Assembly: GCA_951406725.2 (NCBI GenBank)
Contig: OX597815.1
Location: 159,526,001 to 159,590,000 of the forward strand
Source: Octopus vulgaris
Taxonomy: Eukaryota
Reading direction: 5' to 3'
DNA length: 64,000 nucleotides
Below the pieces are notes generated by a model that had not been told where the DNA came from, did no database searches, and saw only the letters and a program-made list of their open reading frames with translations. Positions 54,311-64,000 of this stretch are shown piece by piece (position 1 is the first letter of the stretch; each line of letters opens with the position of its first letter). A program made the position numbers and the translations under genes.

Positions 54311-54708
54311 ATGCAGTTGAGGATTGCTCTGCATTCAAATTGATGTAATGATTGCATTGTTCAATTAAATGGAGCTGCTTAAAATGATTGTACTGCATTA
54401 CCTCTGGATATCCTTGTTGCTTGTTTTGATTTTCATCATCTTATTTTGAAATCGTATGGATAATACTGTACTAAATTCTTGTGCCTCAACTTAAGTACCA
54501 TATTCATCTGAATATATATATATATCATCATCATCATCAATACACATATACACACACACAAGTGAAGACAAAGAAAATTCATTAACACATCTTTAATTAT
54601 AGGTTACAAATGTTTCCATGCCATCTTCATTTGCAATGCCAGTTTACACGGAAATTAAGAAAAATCATGTAATATTTGCAGTTTTAGACATTGGAGAGGC
54701 ACTTCCTC

Positions 54709-54746
<38 letters not shown>

Positions 54747-55942
54747 ACCATCAGATGTTGCTACACATCGCTGGTCACAATGCGCTTTGCATTGTTTTAG
54801 CCTTCGAATGACGCCGCCGCGCTGGCTAAGCGAACAGGCCAACAGAAGAAAGAGTAAGAGAAAGAGTGGTGAAAGAGTACGGCAGGGATCACCACACCCT
54901 GCCGGAGCCACGTAGAGCTTTTAGGTGGTTTCGCTCAATAAACACTAACAACGCCCGGTCTGGGAATTGAAACCACGATCCTACGACCACGAGTCCGCTG
55001 CCCTAACCACTGGGCCGTTGCACCTCCACACACATATATATATATATATATAAATAACAGCCTAATGAAGGAGAGGGAAACTTAAAATATATATGTATGT
55101 ATATCAGTGTATTTATCTATAGATAGATATGTAGATAAATTGACAGAAATACGGATTTCCACACAGTTTCTATCAGATTTAAAAAACACACAACATTGAT
55201 CAATTTTAAGCATGTGTAGTAATAAAACCATGCCAAATAAACTTATAAAAATCATTTCCATAATCATGCTTTTATGAGTACATATGTATCGTGAAAGTAA
55301 GAGAGGTTAAGGGAGAAAGAGTAAGTCGACCACATGTGAATCATGCAGATTTCTGCAGCTGAACATTAATCTATTTATTAATATAAAATGCTGAATTTTC
55401 ACATTATGACTTAGCATTTCTTATCATATATTTTCAATTTATTTATGTGTTTTAATGTTATTTTGTTTGAGAGCTAAATTTAACCAGTTTTGCTTCAAAC
55501 AAGCATACATCATGTGCAAATCTATGGAACCAGATACACAAAGGAAACCTCATCTTACAATACATTAGTTAAAACTGTAAACCAGCTTGTAGATTGTTCC
55601 AGTACATAATATATGAAATAACATGAGTAACAACAATAGGACAAAATGTCCTGCTGGTTGGTCTTGGTCATAAATATTGTTCTCGCTATTATAGTGCATA
55701 AATATATATCGAGAAATATTAAAGATGTTTGTGGATTACTTGCCAAAATAATGTTGTTTTAATAATAGTTATGTTGGCATAAAGCCTGAGAATTTCAAGG
55801 GAGGGAAAATTCAAATTGGAATACTTCTACCTTTTCCAAAAGTATTAACAATACCAGTAAAGAAAATGACCCAAGTAATGAATCAAAACAAGTCTGGGAA
55901 TTCTGTCACCAGAAACATACAGCTCCTTACCGTCTGTAACTA

Positions 55943-56513
55943 TTGGGTTGTCCAGAAAGTTTGTGCCGATTTATAGTGACTTACCTTTCAACTTATTTTA
56001 GAACATGCTCGAGTCCATAAAATAGGATTTGACTACACCTCCATTTAGAGCACAGTTTAAGCTATCTTTTCGTGGAAGAAGTTTTATGTTCCTATAACCT
56101 GTGTTAATTCTGTAACCCTTTAAAATGGAAGATAAGAAAGTTCATTTTCGGCTCTTGACGTTTTGGGAACCAAACAAAAATTGCTGCAGCTCGGCTGGGA
56201 TGTGTTACTCCACCCTCCATATTCACCAGATATTGCTCCTTCGGATTTCCACTTATTCAGGTCTCTGCAGAATAGTCTTAATGGTAAAAATTTCAATTCC
56301 TTGGATGACATAAAAAGATACCTCGATGAATTCTTTGCCATGAAACCACCTCAATTCTGGGAAGAGGGTATTTTCAAGTTAAAGGAAAGATGGAGATGCA
56401 TTGTGCAACAAAATGGTTCATATTTTGTTGATTAAAAATGAAATGTAATGGCAAGTATTTATTGACCTTTTTCTCTCCTTTAAAAATTGGCACGAACTTT
56501 CCAGACAACCTAA
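55943..56513 (+). mobile_element. Internally deleted mariner (retains C-terminal HPPYSPDIAPSDFHLF)
   Basis: TIRs ttgggttgtccagaaagtttgtgccgattt / aaattggcacgaactttccagacaacctaa. The N-terminal MEDKKVHFR is fused to the C-terminal transposase ORF at 56163-56435. Confidence 0.92.
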
Positions 56514-57115
56514 TTTTATCAGCACTTCTGTGACTATTGCCATCATCATCACCAATTTCATGTGATCTTCTGCTATACCACCATGTGTATTCTTGTCTTC
56601 CTGTCTCTTTGGTTTTTAAGGTGGTAGTTTCCGAAAGCTGTAGTAGTTTCCTATTTTGTCTTTTGTCCAATTTCTTTAAGTTACTCATTTTAAAGTTGCA
56701 TTTAAAGTATAGCTTTAAAAGCTGTAACTTTTAACTGATATGTCTTGTATATGTATACATTGTTTTATTTCTAGTGTTCTATTATCTTATTTCTTGCAGT
56801 GAGTTTAGCTTTTAATAGAACTCTGATTCTGCAGCAGCACACTTTTTAAAATTTCCTCCTTCAGTTGTGTACACTATATCTTACCATTTTCCCTACTCTT
56901 AAGTATGTGTGTGGGTGGTTTTGTTTTAATTCTCTGATTTCATTATATCATCATCATCACTGTCATCGTTTAGCTTCTGCTTTCCATGCGGGCATGAGTT
57001 AGATGGTTTGACTGAAACTTGTAAGCAGGAGAGCTGCACCAGGTTCCAGTCTGTTTTGGCTTGGTTTCTATGGCTGGATGTCCTTCCTAATGCCAACCAC
57101 TCTAAGAGTGTAATG

Positions 57116-57530
57116 GGTGCATTTTATGTGCCACTAGCATTGGTGCTGGTTACATGACACCAGCGTTGGCTGCAACTATGACTTCCCTTGGCTTGACAAG
57201 CCTTCTCAAGCATGGCATATCGCCAAAGGTCTCAGTCACTTATCACCTCTACGAGACCCAATGTTCAAAAGGTGCTTTTTATATGCCACCAGCACAGGTG
57301 ACTGTTATGTGACTCTGGCATCAGCCATAACTATGATTTCTCTTGGCTTGATGAATCTTCCCAGACATGGCTTATTGCCAAAGTTCTCAGTCACTTATCA
57401 CCTCCATGATGCCTAATGTTTGTAAGGTGCTTTCTATGTGCCACCAGCATGGGTGCCTGTTACATGTCACTGGCGTCAGCCACGACCATGGTTTCACTTG
57501 GCTTGATGAGTCTTCTCAAGCACAGCATGT
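57116..57530. repeat. Diverged ~155-bp tandem repeat (about 2.7 units) inside an RTE-tail element
   Basis: ggtgc.ttt.at.tgccac.agca recurs at about 57116, 57271 and 57426, and tctcagtcacttatcacctc occurs twice. Confidence 0.8.
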
Positions 57531-58802
57531 CATGCTTGAGAAGTACCTGGATCAAATTTAATGTTCTCTGTTTTAATTGATTTACCTTACATTGGTACAT
57601 TTGTTTCACCTCATAACAGGAATGTTAAAATTTATACAAAAAATGGGACCTGTAACTATTATCATTTGGTGTATGCAGCTGAGTGCAACAAATGCAACTC
57701 AATTTATGATGGTTTGCACAACAGAAAAGTGAAATAAAAGATTCAGTGGACATAGGTATGAAGTCAAGTACATTGACAAAACTTGCCTAACATTTTACAT
57801 CAAATAGCTATACATTTGAGGAACTCCTGAAAATTTATTCTCAGGAAATATTCTGACTCTGCTGCACTTTCAGTCCTCAAAATGCTGGTGGTGAAATATA
57901 TTTGTGACTTACTAGCATCATCTCCTGGAGGAAGGAACAAAATGACAGAAGAATTCTATCACATTTACACAAAACTTTTTGTCAGAGTTTTCTTTATCCT
58001 ATTTGCTTTTTTGTTTGTTTTTCTTCCTTCTCCATTTCCATTTTTTCTTCGTTTTCTTTCTTACTGGTTATGAACAAGCAAAACCTGATAACGTCATTTT
58101 GTCTGGAAAGCAATGTAGGATATTTTGCTTCAAATTTTGAATTTCTGTATTTCTAAGTATTTTTCATATTTCATTTTGAAGAAGACAGACGTCCTGTCAA
58201 AATATTATTCAATTCAGTAAACAGACTCAATCTCTATTCATTATTTATCATATTGCACTCTTCTCGACAGAAACATTAGCACACTGCACAAAATGCTTAC
58301 CTTTTATCCTTCACTCATTTTAATCTTGAGAATGCTGTTGAAGAATTTTTAATCAAATGAATTGACCCCAGTATATTTTTTTTAAAGCCTGGCACTTTTT
58401 CTATCAGTTTCTTTTGCTGAACCACTAAGTTACTAGAATGTAAACACAGCATCACTGGTTGTCAAGTGGTGGTGGTGGTGATGGTGGAGGACAACAACCA
58501 CAAATATGAACACACACACACATACACAAACACATGCGCACACATATAAAATATAGAATGGGCTTCGGGCTTCTTTCAGTTTCCATCTACCAAATCGACT
58601 CAGAAGACTTAGGTCAGCCTGAGACTATACTAGAAGACGCCCAAGGTGCCAATCAGTGGGACTGACCCCGGAACCAGCACCCAATGTGGGAACCTCTACA
58701 GGACATCATGTTCCAATCTCCTTCAATCATTTGTCTATATCATTACTCACAGTTCCTGATGCACCAATTAGTACAGGAAATTAGTATTATTGTCATCATC
58801 GT

Positions 58803-59500
58803 AAGGCAGTGCACTGGCAGAATCATTAGCACACTGAGCAAAATACTTAGCAGCATTTCATCCATCTTTACAATCTGAGTTCAAATTCTACTGAAGTCCA
58901 CTTTGCCTTTCATCCTTGTGGGGTTGATAAAATAAGTACCATTTGAGCACTGGGGTCAACATAATCAACTTTTCCCTTCCCCACAAATTTCAGGCCTTTT
59001 ACTTATTGTACAAAGGATTATTATTGTTGTTGTTTTTGTTGTTGTTGTTGTTGTTGTTGTTATTAAGGCAGTGAGCCAGCAGAATCATTAGAATGCCAGG
59101 CGAAAGGCTTAGCAGTATTTCATCTTTCACTAAGTTCTGAGTTCAAATTCCGTCAAGGATGATTTCGCCTTTCAGGGTTGATAAATTAAGTACCAATCAA
59201 GTACTAGAGTCAATATGAATGATTATCCCCTTCCCCACAAATATTCAGACCTTGTGCCTGTAATAGAAAGGATTATTGTTAAGGTAACAAGCTGTCAGAA
59301 TCGTTAGCACATCAGGCAAACTGCTTAGTGGCATTTCATTCGTCTTTATTTTCTGCGTTCAAATTCCACTGATGTCAACTTTGCCTTTCATCCTTTCAGG
59401 GTCGATGAAATAAGTACCAGTTGAGTACTGGGGTTGATGCAATCGACTATCTTCATCCTACAAATTGCAGGCCTTTTGCCTATAGTTGAAAGGATTATTA
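58803..59500 (+). repeat. Three head-to-tail diverged family B SINE copies
   Basis: Units start at about 58803, 59065 and 59281, each ending in aaggattatt. A longer (gtt)n tail follows the first unit. Confidence 0.85.
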
Positions 59501-60701
59501 GTGCCGCCTCGACTGGCTTCCGTGCAGGTGGCACGTAAAATGCACCAATCCGACCGTGGCCGATGCCAGCCTCGCCTGGCACCAGTGCAGGTGGCACGTA
59601 AAAAGCACCCACTACACTCACGGAGTGGTTGGCATTAGGAAGGGCATCCAGTTGTAGAAACATTGCCAGATAAGACCGGAGTCTGGTGCAGCCTTCTGGC
59701 TTCCCAGATCCCCGGTCGAACCGTCCAACCCATGCTAGCATGGAGAACAGACGTTAAATGATGATGATGATGATGATTTTTGTTATCATCATCATCATCA
59801 TCATCATTACTCTGCCAGATCAGAGTGGAGTCTGGTGAAGCCATCTGGTTCACCAGACATCAGTCAAATCGTCCAACCCATGCTAGCATGGAAGCGGACG
59901 TTAAACGATGACGATGATGATGATGATGATGATGAAGATGATGATGTGGTGAACTGGAAAAAATCAAGTAGATGCTGGGTAAAAGGCTTAGTGGCACTTT
60001 GTTCATTTTTATGTTCTGAGTTCAAATTCCGCTGGCACCAACTTCGCCTTTCATGTTTTAGGGTCAATGAAATAAAGTACCAGTTGAATACTGGGGTCGA
60101 TGTAACTGACTTATCCCCTTCCCTGAAATTGCTGGTCTTGTGTCAAAAATTTTCAAAACCATTATCGTTATCATTATTATTTCTTAACATTTCTTCTTAA
60201 ATACTTTTGTCTGTATTTATAGAACTATAGCCATAGAAAAAAACTTTGTAGGCCACCCTCCTGGAAAAGCATAACATTTATTATAGAAGAATGCATCTTT
60301 TAATGATATAACTCAGCAATCTTCCTTTATTTTTTTTTAAAATTTCATTTTGCTATAGAAAAGAAATGTTGAATAGAAGCTTTTAGGAACTTAGTTTCCG
60401 CGTTTGACTTTCTGTGAACTGAATAAATTCTACCAATGCATTCCCTAATTGACATATGCTACAATGGCTGTACCATTTTATCTACATATGATTACTGTGT
60501 ATGTATGTGTGTGTGTTGTGTTTCTGAGTTTTCCACGTTTTTACTACTACAATTATTATTATTGTTATTATTATTTATAGCTATATTTACAATATCAAGA
60601 AGATTGTTTGGAAGTTGATACAAAGGAATGTGACTTCCACTAATGAACATGACTTCTACTAATGGTCTCTGCTTGAAAGCAATCAGTCAGTCACCTATCA
60701 T

Positions 60702-60756
<55 letters not shown>

Positions 60757-61004
60757 GTGGTTGTGTTTATATATGTATATACAAGTACGTATATGAGTAT
60801 ATAAATATATGCACACTATATATGCTTGTATATGAGTATATACATGTATATGCATATTTATATATTCTTATATCTATCTATCTCTCTATAAGCATGTGTG
60901 TGTGTGTGTGAGTATATGCATGCTTATTTATATGTATATATATATATGTATATATATATATATCAAATGAAATAAAAACAGAACACAAAGGATGTGTATG
61001 TGTG

Positions 61005-61184
61005 TATATATATATTTATATACACATATTCATACATTTATGTATCTATATCTATGTATTTACATATCTGAATCTGTGTGTGTGTGTATTTATATATATA
61101 TATATATATATAAATACACACACACACACACAGATTCAGATATGTAAATACATAGATATAGATACACAAATGTACGTATATGTG

Positions 61185-61200
<16 letters not shown>
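61005..61200. repeat. About 200-bp near-perfect palindrome centred on (TA)n
   Basis: tgtatctatatctatgtatttacatatctgaatctgtgtg is the exact reverse complement of cacacagattcagatatgtaaatacatagatatagataca. Confidence 0.9.
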
Positions 61201-61243
<43 letters not shown>

Positions 61244-62286
61244 TATATATAAGTATACTCACGTGTGCATATACATATGTACAGATGTGTGAAAGTTTGA
61301 GTGTGTGTCTGTGAAGCGATTATTGACATTTGATTTTTGTAATGCCTGTCTACAAATATGTTTGTACCAACAGATTACCATTTGTTTAGGGTTTCTTAAA
61401 GTGGTTTTCTACAATAAGAATTGCAAGTGGTGTAGTTAACAGCAAATTTGTGCCTGCTTCTTAAAGAAAGTATACAATTTAGAACTAGCATGCCAATTCA
61501 CATTATTGATGGCAGGCAGTCTTTGACATAGCAGTTAAGAAATCTAAGGTTTACTTCTTCCACAGATGCCTTAAGTGTGTAGGTAATTGGCCAATATTTA
61601 CCCAGGATAAAAGTGAGATTATCACAAAATATGTTTTCTAGATGCATTTAGTTAGTTTATTTACAGAAAAATAAATATTTGAAGAAAGTAATTGTTAATT
61701 GCTATTTTTACTTAACCGGCTGCTAAAATTTAATTTTTTTTTAATTTTTTTTATGTAGCCATTACTTAAATATCCAAACCATTTCTGGTTGAAATGAGTT
61801 GTTGTTATAGAATATAGTTGCAGGCATGACTGTGTGGTTAAGACCCTTTTTCCCAACCATGTTGTCTTTGGTTCAGTCTCACTGTGTGGTACTTGGGGCA
61901 AGTGTCTTCTATAATAGCCTCAAACCAATTGAAGTCTTGTGAGGGGATTTCATAAATGAACACTGAAAGAAGCTAAGCCCATTATGTATGTATATATATA
62001 TATCTATATAGTCCAGTGAATGTTGAGCTGGCTGAAACTTTGGAGTCATTATCAATACTACTCTTGTTAACGAATAATATATAATATATAATAATATATA
62101 GCAAGAGTGGCTGTGTGGTAAAAAGCTTCCTTCCAACCACATGGTTCTGTCTCACTGCATGGTGCCTTGAACGAGTGTCTTCTAGTATAGCTTCGGGTCG
62201 ATCAAAGCCTTGTGAGTGGATTTGGTAGGCAGAAACTGAAAGAAGCCCATCGTATATGTAAGTGTGTGTGTGTCTTCTCAGTGCTG

Positions 62287-62509
62287 GACACCTCGTCTGC
62301 TAGAGATGGCAATAGCTTCTGCTTGCAGTATAAATAAATTCAAGCTGCTACAAACATTACTTGCTAGTACAACTACTGTGTTCATCTCTTGGAGAGATTT
62401 TAGAACTAGCCTTTTTTGCTTATTGCAAGATCAGAGACTGTATGTCACTTGAATCTATATATATTGCAAGCAGAAGCAAGCTACTGTCATCTCTAGCAGA
62501 CGAGGTGTC
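62287..62509. mobile_element. Unclassified MITE/foldback with about 45-bp terminal inverted repeats
   Basis: gacacctcgtctgctagagatg... is the reverse complement of ...catctctagcagacgaggtgtc. Confidence 0.65.
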
Positions 62510-62619
62510 TTCTTCTTCTTCTTCTTCTTCTTCTTCTTCTTCTTCTTCTTCTTCTTCTTCTTCTTCTTCTTCTTCTTCTTCTTCTTCTTCTTCTTCTTCT
62601 TCTTCTTCTTCTTCTTCTT

Positions 62620-62650
<31 letters not shown>

Positions 62651-62724
62651 TTCTTCTTCTTCTTCTTCTTCTTTTCTTCTTCTTCTTCTTCTTCTTCTTC
62701 TTCTTCTTCCTCCTCCTCCTCCTC
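62509..62724. repeat. Long (CTT)n microsatellite grading into (CCT)n
   Basis: About 200 bp of nearly pure ctt triplets. Confidence 0.97.
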
Positions 62725-63477
62725 ATAATTATTAAGGCAGAGAGCTGGCAGAATCATTAGCATGCTGGGCAAAATGCTTAATGGGGTATTTCATGTTCTG
62801 AATTCAAATTCCATCAAGGTCGATTTTTGCCTTTCATCCTTTAAGTACCAGTGAAACACTGGAGTCAATGTAATTGACTATCCCCCTACCTCCAAAATTT
62901 CAAGCCTTGTGCCTGTATTAGAAAGGATTATTATTAATAATAATAATAAATCTCTGAGCGAGGTATAACCAGTAGCTGCATAACAGTAGATGCAGTTAAC
63001 ACTTAATACTATCTTTTGCACTCCCTACATGAATGGTAATCCAGGGCTCATTCTCAACTAATTTTTAGTTCCTTTACTGGTCATTTCAAGTACTCCTACA
63101 ATCACTGGTTTTGTAACTGTCTTGAGAGTAGGAGAAAGAGAAGCAGCTTGGTGAATTGACCAAATTCTATAGGTCTGTAAATACATTCAGTAAGGAGATC
63201 AGCAGTGGGCATTCCTGTATGATTAGGGGACAACAGAGGCCTCACACACTTGGAGTCAGTAGAAGTCAATTGTGTTTACTACTACAAGTGATTAGTGAAA
63301 GTGCTGACCTTGGTCTTGAAAAGAACCAGTTCACTTTGTCCTATTTCTAATTATTGATAGAAAAAAAAAAAAAATATATATATATATATACTGATGTTCA
63401 CATTGTTGAATTTTTGAATTTCCAATTTTTATTATCCTTATCATTATTATTATTATTATTATTTTCATTTGTTTCAG

Positions 63478-63655
63478 GTTTAACACTAAATTTCACCGAA
63501 ACCTGGGGTGACCTTCATTATTTAGGCTTGACAGGACTAGAGATATTTAGTACAGACAAAGAGACATTACCAGTTAACATGAATATGCTTAGTGCAGAAC
63601 CATCAGATCTGCATAGTCTACCTGGCCATGAACAAGATGAAAGAACATTGGACAA
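63478..63655 (+). CDS. KATNIP: KATNIP exon F (LTLNFTETWGDLHYLGLTGLEIF...DERTLDK)
   Basis: gtttcag acceptor, gtaagt donor at 63656, phase 1-2. WGDLHYLGLTGLE and RTLDK mark the start of the next KIAA0556 repeat. The gene continues beyond the window. Confidence 0.93.
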
Positions 63656-64000
63656 GTAAGTAATTCTGTTAACCAAATACAACTTCAAAACTTCATTCAA
63701 ATTTTAACAGTATTTTTAAATTAAAAAAAAAAAAAATCCAGTTTCTTGCCATGTATAGATCTCATGCTGTGAAACTCCTGCTGTCCCAGAAAGCTCTGAG
63801 GATATAATGTGATGGAAATGCTAGAAAATAAGTTCTGCAGTTAAGTTATTGGGAAATATTTGACAAAAATCAATAAACACTCTTCCTGAAAGTTTATTCT
63901 AAATTCTGATCTGAAAATAAATGTTACACTGGTGTCAACTTATCAAGATCTCATTATAGTTTATGTAAAAACCAATGGAGAGGATAACGCCGGCTGTTCA

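Noticed and set aside
55555-55746. Possible nested minus-strand exon ending at a gtaaga donor
   Set aside because: No recognisable protein motif or acceptor, and no partner exons.
57116-57530. CRISPR-like or coding repeat array
   Set aside because: The context is eukaryotic, the units are wholly homologous with no unique spacers, and there are no cas genes.
62361-62772. Poly-Ser, poly-Lys/Glu and poly-Arg ORFs
   Set aside because: They are translations of the (CTT)n microsatellite, with no splice or coding context.

Overview
AT-rich, repeat-dense animal genomic DNA. The SINE/MITE/microsatellite landscape is most consistent with a coleoid cephalopod, probably Octopus; this is an inference from the repeat families, not a database result. 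The only supported host gene is an internal part of KATNIP (KIAA0556, katanin-interacting protein) on the + strand. It has six GT-AG exons (11870-12011, 24239-24436, 27540-27677, 29284-29433, 38879-38993, 63478-63655) that splice in frame, giving 921 coding nt, with introns up to 24.5 kb. Almost all other ORFs in the track are microsatellite or repeat artefacts. The non-coding DNA holds several tRNA-derived SINE families, RTE- and R4/Dong-type LINE fragments, deleted mariners, TTAA (piggyBac-like) MITEs, a Helitron, a Helentron-type (HINE) element and a decayed 5S rRNA copy. The most unusual signal is a set of up to nine minimal type I hammerhead ribozyme motifs in Penelope-like repeats, some of them degenerate. 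Two elements stand out: (i) a 503-nt non-coding unit bounded by two intact hammerheads in about 98% identical direct repeats (25052-25792), retrozyme-like and predicted to release a 503-nt monomer that may circularise; and (ii) a tRNA-headed (Pol III) SINE carrying a hammerhead and a Penelope-style inverted terminal duplication (32590-32958).
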